From: Desulfobulbaceae bacterium
Lineage (GTDB): Bacteria > Desulfobacterota > Desulfobulbia > Desulfobulbales > Desulfocapsaceae
Assembly: GCA_024636345.1 (NCBI GenBank)
Contig: JAGXHG010000037.1
Coordinates: 68,191 to 132,190 of the forward strand
Length of the DNA: 64,000 nt
Reading direction: 5' to 3'
Positions within the stretch are counted from its first letter, which is position 1. Every line of letters begins with the position of its first letter. Both the position numbers and the translations under genes were made by a program. The notes below the pieces were generated by a model. That model made no database searches. It saw only the letters and a list, made by a program, of their open reading frames with translations, and was not told the origin of the DNA. Below, piece by piece: positions 10,988-20,793 of this stretch.

Positions 10988-12508
10988 ATGATTAAAAAAT
11001 TTTCCATGCTGGCACTTGCCGGCTTGATCGCCCTGCCTGTTGTAGCTTCTGCAGGTGTTGGCCCTCAATCCAGTGACCTGGATCGTAAGATTCAAGATCT
11101 GAGCGCACAGCTTGACCAGTTAAAAGCACAGATGGCTTCCCAGGCAGAGGCCAACGCCGCCACATCTGCCAAGGTAGGTGATCTGAACAATACCGTTACC
11201 GGGTTCGGTGAACGTGCTGAGGATTGGGATCTGGCCGCCCGTTTTAAACTTGACGGCGACTTCCGTGCCCGCATGGATTTTTATAATGCTGACACTGTTT
11301 TTGGACGTAGCCTCGACAACGATACCTCATTCACCAATCGTTTCCGTCTGAACATGCGCGTAGGCGTTACCGAGAACGTTGATTTCAAGGGCCGTCTGGC
11401 CATGTACAAGGCTTGGGGCATGGAGTCTGCATGGAATGATGCTTCCGGCACCGCATACCCACAGTTTGACGGTAACACCACCCGTACCCCTTCTGACAAT
11501 GCCCTGCGCGTTGACCGTGCCTTTGTTAACTTTAACAACCTTTTTGGCGCTCCCGTATGGTTCTCCATAGGTCGTCGTCCAACCACCGATGGCAATCCTT
11601 CAAATATGCGCATGAATCTCGATGAACGCAGTGGTACCCCACTGATCATGGACTACGCCTTTGATGGTATTTCCATGGGTTACGCCTACAAATGGGGCGG
11701 AGACCTGGGATCAGGACGTGTTCGTGTCTGTTACGGGCGTGGTTTTGAAGATGGTCTTCAGGTAGATGGTGATCCTTTGGACGATACTGATTTTGTTGGG
11801 CTGAGCTGGGATATCCTGAAGAAGGAAGATCGTTTCCTTTATGCGCAATCTTTCATGGCTGCCAATGTCTTTAACTACCCCAATTTCCAAGACCCCTTTA
11901 TCGAGTATGCAGCCGGTTTCGGTCCCTTCGACGGCGGCTATGGTGACAGAGTAAATGTGGGCAACATCCAGCATTCCGGCATTACCTATATGGACAAATT
12001 TGGTCCCGTGAACGTCTTCGTGGCTGGTGGCTGGAGTCGTACCGATCCAAACGACAACGGTATGTTCAATGATTACATGACCCTCTTTGGAGCCCCCACT
12101 AACCAAGATAGCGAGAACGGCTACATGGCTCATGGTGGTGTTCGTTATGATATGGACCAGGCCGGTCTCAAGCTCGGTGCTGAATTGAATTACGGTTCTC
12201 AATACTGGATCGGCATGACCCCTGGACATGATGATCTTTATCAGTCCAAGATTGCCGCTCGTGGTACAGTTGTCGAGGTTTATGGTATCTATGACCTGCC
12301 CATGGGCGAGGCCATCTCCAAATATGCCAAGACCTTCATGCGTCTCGGTTATCAGCATTACGAGTATGATTATTCCGGTTCCAACGACTGGAATATGTAC
12401 GCCTACGACCTGGATGATGCCGCTGATCTTGCAACATTGCGCATGTTTGGCCAGGATCCTATCGAGAGTGCTGATCAGGTTTACCTGACCCTTGAGGCAA
12501 CATTCTAA
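10988..12508 (+). CDS. Outer-membrane beta-barrel (porin-like) protein with N-terminal coiled coil; possibly the DUF3373 family
   Basis: Signal peptide MIKKFSMLALAGLIALPVVASA, then the coiled coil DLDRKIQDLSAQLDQLKAQMASQAE. About 430 aa of alternating beta-strand pattern rich in Y/G/D/N follows. The C-terminal ...LTLEATF ends in Phe, an OMP signature. Strong SD GGAGGAAAGAAG. The family name is from memory and not verified. Confidence 0.75.
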   Translation: MIKKFSMLALAGLIALPVVASAGVGPQSSDLDRKIQDLSAQLDQLKAQMASQAEANAATSAKVGDLNNTVTGFGERAEDWDLAARFKLDGDFRARMDFYNADTVFGRSLDNDTSFTNRFRLNMRVGVTENVDFKGRLAMYKAWGMESAWNDASGTAYPQFDGNTTRTPSDNALRVDRAFVNFNNLFGAPVWFSIGRRPTTDGNPSNMRMNLDERSGTPLIMDYAFDGISMGYAYKWGGDLGSGRVRVCYGRGFEDGLQVDGDPLDDTDFVGLSWDILKKEDRFLYAQSFMAANVFNYPNFQDPFIEYAAGFGPFDGGYGDRVNVGNIQHSGITYMDKFGPVNVFVAGGWSRTDPNDNGMFNDYMTLFGAPTNQDSENGYMAHGGVRYDMDQAGLKLGAELNYGSQYWIGMTPGHDDLYQSKIAARGTVVEVYGIYDLPMGEAISKYAKTFMRLGYQHYEYDYSGSNDWNMYAYDLDDAADLATLRMFGQDPIESADQVYLTLEATF

Positions 12509-12533
12509 TTTGTTGTTCAAAAGGAACGGTATT

Positions 12534-12564
12534 ATTATAATGGTGTAAACCACACCATTATAAT
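12534..12564 (+). terminator. Hairpin 1 downstream of the porin-like gene
   Basis: ATTATAATGGTGT-aaacc-ACACCATTATAAT forms a perfect 13-bp AT-rich stem with no U-tract. Confidence 0.4.
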
Positions 12565-12585
12565 CCGTTAGTTGTTGAGTATTTA

Positions 12586-12621
12586 GGGAAGGTTTCTGTA
12601 AAGAAACCTTCCCTTTTTTTA
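12586..12621 (+). terminator. Rho-independent terminator of the porin-like gene
   Basis: GGGAAGGTTTCT-gtaa-AGAAACCTTCCC followed by TTTTTTT. Confidence 0.85.
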
Positions 12622-12659
12622 TTTTCTTAAGTATCCGCTCTCACCCTCCAGGTTTATCC

Positions 12660-13421
12660 ATGCTTACGCCCAGCACCTTTACAACATCCGCTGCTCCCCT
12701 CATTAGAGCAACCTTCGACCGTCATCATGGAGTTAGCGGAGCCCCTTTTGGTTCACTCAATGGTAGCTTCGGTGTTGGTGATTGTGCGGAGAAGGTGCAA
12801 GCCAATCGCAACAGGATGAAGCAATCTCTGGGGATCAACCGTCTGGTTTCAGCCAGACAGGTGCATGGTGAGCAGATTTTCAGGATAGAGGAGATGCCAG
12901 ACAGCGATCAGGAGATAGATGGCATTGATGCCCTGATGACCAACAGAAGAGGGATAGGCTTGATGATTCAGCATGCCGACTGTCAGGCTATCCTGCTTCA
13001 TGACCCTGTTCAATCGGCAATAGCGGCAGTGCATTGCGGCTGGCGAGGCAGTGTCATCCGTATCATTGAGAAAACAGTGGAGATGATGAGCTCCTGTTAC
13101 CAGTCCCGTGCTGAAGACATGGTGGCCATCATCAGCCCCTCACTGGGACCCTGCTGCGCTGAGTTTATCAATCATCGCCAGGAACTTCCTGCCTCCTTCC
13201 AAGCCTTTCAGGCACGCAGCAATTATTTTGATTTCTGGCAGATATCCAAAGCACAACTCATGAAAGCCGGCCTGCAGCCGGATAAGATTAAAATGACAAA
13301 AACCTGCACTGCCTGCAGTCCGGATTTTTTTTCCTACCGGAGAGCTAAGCGAAAGGGGAATGGAGTAACAGGAAGAAACTGCAGCATTATTGCCCTAGGA
13401 AATAAGGCTGAGGTTATTTAA
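12660..13421 (+). CDS. pgeF: Peptidoglycan editing factor PgeF / YfiH (DUF152, purine nucleoside phosphorylase/laccase-domain family)
   Basis: Motifs QVHG, DALMTN, ADCQAILL and AAVHCGWRG, with Cys/His ligands in the usual order. Confidence 0.85.
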   Translation: MLTPSTFTTSAAPLIRATFDRHHGVSGAPFGSLNGSFGVGDCAEKVQANRNRMKQSLGINRLVSARQVHGEQIFRIEEMPDSDQEIDGIDALMTNRRGIGLMIQHADCQAILLHDPVQSAIAAVHCGWRGSVIRIIEKTVEMMSSCYQSRAEDMVAIISPSLGPCCAEFINHRQELPASFQAFQARSNYFDFWQISKAQLMKAGLQPDKIKMTKTCTACSPDFFSYRRAKRKGNGVTGRNCSIIALGNKAEVI

Positions 13422-13571
13422 TGACAAAAGTAACAGGTATATCAAACAACCGTCATTCCGGCGCAGCCGAAATCCAGAATCTGCCCCTGCGCTAGAATAA
13501 CTGAACGCAACTGGAAGACTTTACCTGTAAATTTGGGGGCGTAGAATCACGAGCTGAAACCGTGTACTTGC

Positions 13572-15074
13572 TCAAACCTGCAATTCCATTACCCCCACAC
13601 AATTTCGCCCATTCTTTTTAACCTTGTACATAGCCGCATCAGCAGCATTAATCATTTGTATTTTATTTATCGTTTTCATCTCCGGTTCATAGCTCGTCAG
13701 ACCTATGCTGACGGAAATTTTAATAACGGCACCGGAAATTACCGTTTCCATCTCTTCAATCTGTCGCCGTAATCGCTCGGCATACACCTTACAACCAGCC
13801 AGATCAGTCACAGGGAGGATAACGGCAAACTCTTCTCCGCCATAACGAACTACCATATCCGACGTGCGCATGGTTGATGTCACAAGCAAGGCAAGACGAC
13901 GCAGGACCACATCTCCAGCTGGATGGCCATAAGTATCATTGACCTGCTTAAAGTAATCAATATCAAAAAACATAAGAGACAGGGGGAGATGATAGCGCGT
14001 TGCCCGAGTTATCTCTCTATCCATCAACTCCTGAAAATAACGATAATTGTAGAGTCCAGTCAGACCATCACGAAAAGCCAGATCTCTCAGCTTACTATTC
14101 GCCTCCAGCAACTCGGCTGCCAGCTCTTCCGCCTTCTTTCTCGCCTGTTTGGCCTGCATAACCACCTGTTCATAGGACAGATTGATACGAAGCAGTTCCT
14201 CATTCGCCTCTTGGAGCAATAGAGAAAAAGGTTTCATGTTGCCTGGATCGATCTCGAAAAAGGAGAGAATCTCAACACTCTTTTGCGCCACAGAGTCGAC
14301 CAGTGCATCAATAGCCTCTGCCTTGATCTTGAAGTCCGAACAAATTTCCGTCTTGAGCCCCTGCACCCTTTCTACGCTCCGTGAGCCATAGTAGATCGAC
14401 GCAAGCATAGTTGACCAGTGCAGAATTTTCACCGGCATCCTGACTTCCTCTGGAATGTCAGACGCATGATGGTAACGAATCGTGGTCGATATTGTCTCTG
14501 GCAGCCCCCATTTTTCAAGCAAATCAGCACCGATCTCCTGATGGTCAAAGCCAAAGATCTTTTGCTCACTGCCACGAATCGAGGCCTCAGTCACCCTTTT
14601 TTCATCTAATACCTGGCGGTACTCGGCAGGTCGACAGAGATAAAGAACCAGGACTCCAATATCCTGAAGCAGGGCCGAGACAAAAAGATCATCATTTTTA
14701 TAGCGAAGCAATGAGGCCAGCAACTCAGCACTCACCGCAGTGGTAACTGCCCGTTTCCAAAAATAGGTAAAATCGAAGCCTTCCCTGTCGACGCCCGTCA
14801 TCTCCTTGGCAATCACAAAAGAGAGGGCAATGTTTTTGGTAACATTCATACCAAGGACCGGCAGGGCTTTTTCTATAGTATTAATCGTGTTGGGCATACT
14901 ATAGAAAGAAGAATTGGCGACTTGCAGAATCTTGCTGGTCAATGCGGGATCAACCTGGATAATCCGGGCCAACTCTTCAAAAGTGGGCTCCCCCTTTTTA
15001 ACCGCTTCAAGAATACGCAGGGCAATAGCCGGCGGGGAAGGCAGCTTGATATCTTTTTTCGTCAGGTCATGCAT
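13572..15074 (-). CDS. HDOD-domain / GGDEF diguanylate cyclase
   Basis: N-terminal HDOD (LPSPPAIALRILEAV...), a coiled-coil linker and a C-terminal GGDEF domain with RYGGEEF. The I-site RTSD lies 5 residues upstream. Confidence 0.88.
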   Translation of the reverse strand: MHDLTKKDIKLPSPPAIALRILEAVKKGEPTFEELARIIQVDPALTSKILQVANSSFYSMPNTINTIEKALPVLGMNVTKNIALSFVIAKEMTGVDREGFDFTYFWKRAVTTAVSAELLASLLRYKNDDLFVSALLQDIGVLVLYLCRPAEYRQVLDEKRVTEASIRGSEQKIFGFDHQEIGADLLEKWGLPETISTTIRYHHASDIPEEVRMPVKILHWSTMLASIYYGSRSVERVQGLKTEICSDFKIKAEAIDALVDSVAQKSVEILSFFEIDPGNMKPFSLLLQEANEELLRINLSYEQVVMQAKQARKKAEELAAELLEANSKLRDLAFRDGLTGLYNYRYFQELMDREITRATRYHLPLSLMFFDIDYFKQVNDTYGHPAGDVVLRRLALLVTSTMRTSDMVVRYGGEEFAVILPVTDLAGCKVYAERLRRQIEEMETVISGAVIKISVSIGLTSYEPEMKTINKIQMINAADAAMYKVKKNGRNCVGVMELQV

Positions 15075-15107
15075 ATTTTCTCCAGGCAGGAATCTTCTGC
15101 CCTATGA

Positions 15108-17372
15108 TCACCGTAAGAAATTCAGGGCAGAACCCGCCTTAAACCAGGAAATCTGCTCATCATTAAGAGAATGTCTCAAAGATATAACCGATTCTGACCC
15201 ATCCGCATGATGACACACAGCCATCAATGTGGATCCGGGAGCAAGCTCGGTCAGGCCCAGAATATCCACCCGGTCAGCCTCCTGAATCAGGTCATAGTCT
15301 GCACCATCAACAAAGGTCAACGGCAGCACCCCCTGTTTTTTTAAATTGGTCTCATGGATGCGGGCAAAAGAGCGGGTAATCACCACCCGTCCCCCCATAT
15401 GCCGAGGACTCATGGCTGCATGCTCCCGCGACGAGCCCTCTCCATAATTAGTATCACCCACCGCCAGCCAATTCTCATGGGCAGCAGTATAAGCCCGGGC
15501 AATCTCATTATACGGCTGCCGCTCACCTGTCAGCTGATTCAGGCCGACACCGGTCTCACCGGTAAAGGCATTGGTGGCTCCACTGAACATGTTCCCGGAT
15601 ATATTATCCAGGTGCCCACGAAAACGCAGCCAAGGTCCGGCAGGTGAAATATGATCTGTGGTACACTTACCCTTGGCCTTCATCAGCAAGCGTAGACCCT
15701 TCCAATCAGAACCATCCCAGGGGGCAAAAGGGGAGAGCAGGGCCAGACGTTCCGAATCCGGTGCCACCTGCACCATAACTGCTGTTCTTTCTTCAGGGGG
15801 GGCCAGAAAGCCCGCTTCGTCACGGACAAGACCCTGGAGCGGCACTTCCGGCACCTTCCCGGGAGGTGTCAGGACAAAAGAGGTGCCATCAGCCGCCTGC
15901 AACTCAGCAGTATAAGGGTTTACATCAAAGGTACCAAACATTGCATAGGCCAGACAGGTCTCAGGACTGGCAATAAACCCACAGGTACCGACATTACCAT
16001 CATTGCGTTTGGGAAAATTCCGGTTATAGGAGGTAACAATAGAATTCTTGAACCCTGGCTCAATCCCCTGCCTGGTCCATTGACCAATACAGGGGCCGCA
16101 GGCATTGGCCAGTACGGTAGCCCCAATGGCTTCGAGTTTGGCAATCTGCCCATCACGCTCAAGGGTAGCACGCACCTGCTCTGAACCTGGCGTCACAAGC
16201 ATGGGGATTTTCAATTTCAATCCCTTTGCTGCTATCTGTTCAGCCATGGCCGCCAGACGCCCCATATCCTCATAAGAGGAATTGGTGCAGGAACCAACCA
16301 GCGCGTAAGTCACATTGGCCGGATGTCCACCCTTTTCCACATACTCTTTCATGTTCGAGACCGTCACCGCCAGATCTGGCGAATGGGGACCGACCAGGTG
16401 GGGTTCAAGACTTGCAAGATCAATCTCAATAATCTGATCATAATATTTTTCAGGATTGGCCAGAACTTCCGGGTCGGCCTGCAACAGATGCACATATTTA
16501 CTGGCAAGTGTTGCGGCCTCCCCACGACCACAGGCCTGGAGATAGGATGCCATATGTTCATCATAGGGGAAGACAGAGGTGGTAGCACCCAGCTCAGCAC
16601 CCATATTACAGATGGTGGCCTTCCCGGTACAGGAAAGAGAAGCAGCGCCTGGACCGAAATATTCAAAAACCCGGTTGGTACCCCCTGAGCAAGTGAGCAT
16701 GCCAAGAAGCCTTAAAATCACATCCTTGGGCGCGGCCCAACCCTGCAACTTACCTGTGAGCCGGACCCCCACAAAACGTGGATGAAGGACCTCCCAAGGC
16801 ATACCGACCATAACATCCACGGCATCGGCTCCACCCACACCTGAGGCAAAGGCCCCGATACCGCCAGCGTTCGGGGTATGTGAATCAGTTCCCAGCATCA
16901 TCAGCCCTGGAAATCCATACTGTTCAATCACCACCTGATGAATAATACCTGCGCCCGGCAACCAGCAGCCAAAACCATAACGTTGAGAGGCAGAGGCCAG
17001 AAAATCATACACTTCACGATTTTCAGCCCGGGCAGTATGCAGATCCCCCTCAGCCCCCTTCTGCGCTCGTATCAGGTGATCACAATGGACCGTGACCGGC
17101 ACTGCGGCCTCATCTTTGTTTGCCAGCATAAACTGTAGAATTGCCATCTGGGCCGTAGCGTCCTGCAGGGCAATTCGATCCGGACGGGTCTTGACATAAG
17201 AGACACCAGCCGTTATCTCCGCCTCCATCGCATTATCAAGATGACCATAGAGGAGTTTCTCGCCATAGGTTAAAGGACGGCCCAACCGTTTTTTAACCAT
17301 GGCAATATTGGCGGCCATTTTCTGATACACCATTTCAATAAATTGGGGCGTCGAATCAACTGAACTACTCAT
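15108..17372 (-). CDS. acn: Aconitate hydratase, mitochondrial-type (about 754 aa)
   Basis: Motifs GTDSHTPNAGG, GSCTNSS and ANACGPCIGQW (Fe-S ligands). The length and motifs resemble mitochondrial-type aconitase rather than AcnA or AcnB. The start is set at MSSSVDS (A at 17372) after GGAGAG. Confidence 0.9.
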   Translation of the reverse strand: MSSSVDSTPQFIEMVYQKMAANIAMVKKRLGRPLTYGEKLLYGHLDNAMEAEITAGVSYVKTRPDRIALQDATAQMAILQFMLANKDEAAVPVTVHCDHLIRAQKGAEGDLHTARAENREVYDFLASASQRYGFGCWLPGAGIIHQVVIEQYGFPGLMMLGTDSHTPNAGGIGAFASGVGGADAVDVMVGMPWEVLHPRFVGVRLTGKLQGWAAPKDVILRLLGMLTCSGGTNRVFEYFGPGAASLSCTGKATICNMGAELGATTSVFPYDEHMASYLQACGRGEAATLASKYVHLLQADPEVLANPEKYYDQIIEIDLASLEPHLVGPHSPDLAVTVSNMKEYVEKGGHPANVTYALVGSCTNSSYEDMGRLAAMAEQIAAKGLKLKIPMLVTPGSEQVRATLERDGQIAKLEAIGATVLANACGPCIGQWTRQGIEPGFKNSIVTSYNRNFPKRNDGNVGTCGFIASPETCLAYAMFGTFDVNPYTAELQAADGTSFVLTPPGKVPEVPLQGLVRDEAGFLAPPEERTAVMVQVAPDSERLALLSPFAPWDGSDWKGLRLLMKAKGKCTTDHISPAGPWLRFRGHLDNISGNMFSGATNAFTGETGVGLNQLTGERQPYNEIARAYTAAHENWLAVGDTNYGEGSSREHAAMSPRHMGGRVVITRSFARIHETNLKKQGVLPLTFVDGADYDLIQEADRVDILGLTELAPGSTLMAVCHHADGSESVISLRHSLNDEQISWFKAGSALNFLR

Positions 17373-17426
17373 AATCTCTCCAAAAAATTGTACCCTTAAC
17401 AAAGGATACGTTATAACTTTATATAG

Positions 17427-17762
17427 TTATGACCGGATCAACTCTTCAGCCAGCATTTTATCCGCCAGTTCAAGGATAAATTGACGCTGGGCAGGACTTG
17501 CATGGGCTATACAGTCACAATGCAGGTTTGCATTACTCCGAACAAGCATCTCAAAACAAACCGCATTTTTGCCCACCTCAACTCCGCAATAATATGGGCC
17601 GCATTTTTCCACATGCGCCTGTTGAAGCTCGGAGAGTATTTCTGGTGGCAGGACGATCCAATAAATTCCGATCATGGGTCCTCGCTGCAGAGTGCGTTTG
17701 AGATACGAATCTATATTATCCCGCTCCATAGGGGATAAATCATCAATGACATATTGGCGCAT
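17427..17762 (-). CDS. Hypothetical 111-aa protein with five Cys
   Basis: Clean ORF in a tight co-directional gene string, with no family that I recognise. It lies 24 nt downstream of the PIN-PhoH gene. Confidence 0.55.
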   Translation of the reverse strand: MRQYVIDDLSPMERDNIDSYLKRTLQRGPMIGIYWIVLPPEILSELQQAHVEKCGPYYCGVEVGKNAVCFEMLVRSNANLHCDCIAHASPAQRQFILELADKMLAEELIRS

Positions 17763-17786
17763 AATTTTTTTACGATCAAAGTTTTT

Positions 17787-19109
17787 TTATAGCAACTGGG
17801 CGGCAATGGCCGACAGCGGGCTTCTTTCACTTTTGCTCAAGGTCACATGACCATAAAGAGACTCCCCTCTCAATCTTTCTACGGTATAAGAAAGACCGTT
17901 CGAAGAGGAATCGAGATAGGGGTTATCGATCTGCTCCGGATCACCGGTGAGTACCATTTTTGTGCCTTCGCCAGCCCTGGAGATAATTGTTTTCACTTCA
18001 TGAGGAGTCAGATTCTGGGCCTCATCAACAATGACATACTGCTTAGGAATGGAACGACCGCGAATATAGGTCAGGGCCTCAAGTTCAACCAGTTGATCCT
18101 TAAAGAGCATGTTCACCTTCTGCTGCACGGTCCCTTCTTCATAGTGATGATCCTTCTGCATCAAAAAGACCAGATTATCAAAAATGGGTTGCATCCACAA
18201 AGAGAGCTTTTCATCTTTTGTGCCCGGCAGATAGCCAATATCTTTGCCCATGGGGATCACGGGCCGGGAAACCAACAGCTTTTCATACCCTTGCTGCCGG
18301 AGGACACACTCAAGGCCGGCGGCCAGGGCCAGCAAGGTCTTACCGGTACCGGCCTGACCAATAAGCGTCACCAGACTGATCTTTGGATCCATGAGCAGTT
18401 CCAGAGCCATCCGCTGTTCCTTGGAACGCGAGTGCACATTCCAGGCACTCTCAAAACTATCTTCGAGAGGGACCAGACTCTTGGGCCCCACTGCCCGGCC
18501 AAGGCCTGAATGTTTTGGGTTGGATGCATCCTGCAACAGAACAAACTCGTTGAAGAGAAAATCAAACCCTTCAGTCTCCAAACCCTTCCCCTGATGAAAA
18601 CGATCGACCATCTCGGTTGCCACCTGGATCTCTCTCCAGCCGGTGTACAGCTCATCAAAGTTACACTTCTGCTTCTCAAAATCCATCACATCAATGCCAA
18701 GCGCATCCGCCTTCAGGCGGGCATTGATATCCTTGGAAACAAAGATCACCTTTTTTCCTTCCAAGTGCAGAGAATTTGCCACGGCCAGGATCCGGTTATC
18801 AGGCACGGACATATCAATACATACACCGGGCATCTCCTTACGCTCAACAATAATCTGCAGAATGCCACTGTTCTCCATGGTCACGCCATCTTTCAGTGAC
18901 CCCTGAGAACGAAGTTGATCAATCTGCCTGATCACATGCCGGGCGCTACGACCCAATTCATCATTATGGCGCTTGAAACTGTCCAGCTCCTCAAGGACCG
19001 TCATCGGCAGGATAACGTAATTATCATCAAAAGAGATGAGAGATTCGGCGTTATGAAGCAGGACATTGGTGTCGAGAACAAAATATTTGCGCACACCTAC
19101 AGCATTCAT
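17787..19109 (-). CDS. PIN-domain / PhoH-like ATPase (PhoH2/YlaK type)
   Basis: N-terminal PIN (YFVLDTNVLLHN...) and a PhoH NTPase with Walker A GQAGTGKT and Walker B IVDEAQN. The start overlaps the upstream stop by 4 nt. Confidence 0.9.
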   Translation of the reverse strand: MNAVGVRKYFVLDTNVLLHNAESLISFDDNYVILPMTVLEELDSFKRHNDELGRSARHVIRQIDQLRSQGSLKDGVTMENSGILQIIVERKEMPGVCIDMSVPDNRILAVANSLHLEGKKVIFVSKDINARLKADALGIDVMDFEKQKCNFDELYTGWREIQVATEMVDRFHQGKGLETEGFDFLFNEFVLLQDASNPKHSGLGRAVGPKSLVPLEDSFESAWNVHSRSKEQRMALELLMDPKISLVTLIGQAGTGKTLLALAAGLECVLRQQGYEKLLVSRPVIPMGKDIGYLPGTKDEKLSLWMQPIFDNLVFLMQKDHHYEEGTVQQKVNMLFKDQLVELEALTYIRGRSIPKQYVIVDEAQNLTPHEVKTIISRAGEGTKMVLTGDPEQIDNPYLDSSSNGLSYTVERLRGESLYGHVTLSKSERSPLSAIAAQLL

Positions 19110-20206
19110 ATATCAAGCCACGTTGAATTTTTATTTAAAAGTTCACAGCCATCTTCACGGACGACCACCATGTTTTCCAGCCGGACTCCGCCCCAACCAG
19201 GTATGTAAATACCTGGTTCAACGGTCACCACCATCCCCGCCCTCAACTGTTTCCGGTTGCGCGACGAAAGGCGCGGTTCTTCATGGACGGCCAGGCCCAC
19301 GCCATGTCCCAGAGAGTGGCCAAAGGCCTGACCGTAGCCTGCAGCCGCGATGATATCACGGGCAATTTTGTCCACCCTCGCTGCCACCACCCCCTCACGT
19401 ATTGCCTCTATGGCTGCAAGCTGGGCCCGGCGTACCAACCGATGAATGGCCAGAAAGCGGTCATCCGGATCGCCCAATACAAAGGTCCTGGTCATATCAG
19501 AGCAATAGCCATCAAGAATCAGACCCATGTCAATCATCAAAGGCTGCTTACGCTCGACAACCGCAGGACCCGGCACCGCATGCGGCAAGGCACTGTTACT
19601 GCCAGTGGCGACAATCGTGCTGAAGCTGGGAGATTCCGCACCCAGCAGGCGCATGGTGGACTCAACGGCAAGGGCGATCTCATTCTCCGTCTGGCCCGGA
19701 GCAAGGGAACTGTACACCCCGTCAAAGACCTTTTCATTCAAGTCAACCGAGGCACGCAGTTTATCAATCTCATTCTCATCCTTGATCAAGCGTATCTTTT
19801 CCACCAGACCAGCGGTCGGGAGAAGTTGCAGACCAATCTTTGTACCCAGTTCCTTCAGTTTTTCGGCAAAAGAAAAAAGGACATACTCACTTTCAAAACC
19901 AAGGGTGCGAATCCCCAGATCCGGCAGCATCTCCCTGAGTAAGACCAGAACCCCTTTGGGGTAGAGACCGATATGGAGAAAACCTGCCTCGGCCTCAGCC
20001 TGCAGCTTGAAGCGAAAATCAGTCAGCAGCCAGGATTTCCCCCTGGCTGGAATCAATAACAGCCCTGCCGTCTCGGCGATACCGTGATCAAGTGCCGAAT
20101 AACCGCTCAGATAACGCCTGTTTTCCGGTTGACTGACCAACAGCCCATCAATTTTTCTTCGACGCAATAGCGCCTGAATTCTGTCTATTCGCTGAAGATA
20201 GGGCAT
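19106..20206 (-). CDS. M24-family Xaa-Pro aminopeptidase
   Basis: Creatinase/prolidase N-domain plus an M24 pita-bread domain (DMGLILDGYCSDMTRTF, GHSLGHGVGLAVHE, EPG, VRLEN). Confidence 0.88.
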   Translation of the reverse strand: MPYLQRIDRIQALLRRRKIDGLLVSQPENRRYLSGYSALDHGIAETAGLLLIPARGKSWLLTDFRFKLQAEAEAGFLHIGLYPKGVLVLLREMLPDLGIRTLGFESEYVLFSFAEKLKELGTKIGLQLLPTAGLVEKIRLIKDENEIDKLRASVDLNEKVFDGVYSSLAPGQTENEIALAVESTMRLLGAESPSFSTIVATGSNSALPHAVPGPAVVERKQPLMIDMGLILDGYCSDMTRTFVLGDPDDRFLAIHRLVRRAQLAAIEAIREGVVAARVDKIARDIIAAAGYGQAFGHSLGHGVGLAVHEEPRLSSRNRKQLRAGMVVTVEPGIYIPGWGGVRLENMVVVREDGCELLNKNSTWLDI

Positions 20207-20793
20207 CAGGAAAAGCGCTCTAGCAGCATACCTTTTCGTTGATCAAGGGCCTGATTGTACTGCTGGTCCAGATCCGCCTTCATCTTCACCCACTCTTTCT
20301 GAAACATGGGATGCATTGCCGGATCCATTGACATCCTGCCGCCGGCAAGAGATCCCTGTTCCCCGAGTTTCTGGTCAAGCTGGGCACGTACCGCATCTTC
20401 AAGCTGCTTCCTGATCTGCTCTTTATGCTGATTATACTGCTCCAGTATCTGCTTCAACTCCGCACAGATGGCAACCATATCCCCTGCAGAGCCCTCCATT
20501 TCCAGAAGACCCTGCATAGACCGAAGACTCGTGGCCATTAAAGTCTCGTCGCGAGGCAGGACAATATTGCGCATCAGGGCCTGGGCCATCCCCTTGCGCA
20601 CCGCCATCTGCTCTGTCGCAGCCTGCCCGGCTAGTGCCTGCCCCAGGTCATCCAGAGTATGACCAATATACTCGGCAGCCAAGCGCATGCCTGTACATTC
20701 CGACTCCTGAGAATCAGGTTCTCCGACCGAGCGGGCTGCCATACGGGCGGCCCGCTCCATAACCATATCCATGGTACTTTTTATTTCTGCCAT
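20206..20793 (-). CDS. Hypothetical 195-aa helical protein
   Basis: Clean ORF whose stop shares one base with the start of the M24 peptidase gene (TGATG). The sequence is all-alpha, Met/Gln/Ala-rich and matches no family I recognise. Confidence 0.6.
   Translation of the reverse strand: MAEIKSTMDMVMERAARMAARSVGEPDSQESECTGMRLAAEYIGHTLDDLGQALAGQAATEQMAVRKGMAQALMRNIVLPRDETLMATSLRSMQGLLEMEGSAGDMVAICAELKQILEQYNQHKEQIRKQLEDAVRAQLDQKLGEQGSLAGGRMSMDPAMHPMFQKEWVKMKADLDQQYNQALDQRKGMLLERFS

Noticed and set aside
13455-13490. The sequence CGTCATTCCGGCGCAGCCGAAATCCAGAAT downstream of pgeF. It resembles the widespread 'VIPAQAGIQ'-type REP hairpin seen in many proteobacterial genomes.
   Set aside because: There is only one copy in the window, the stem is short with a mismatch, and it is unrelated to the GAGCCGTWACGAAAT family. 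It is not enough to call a repeat element.
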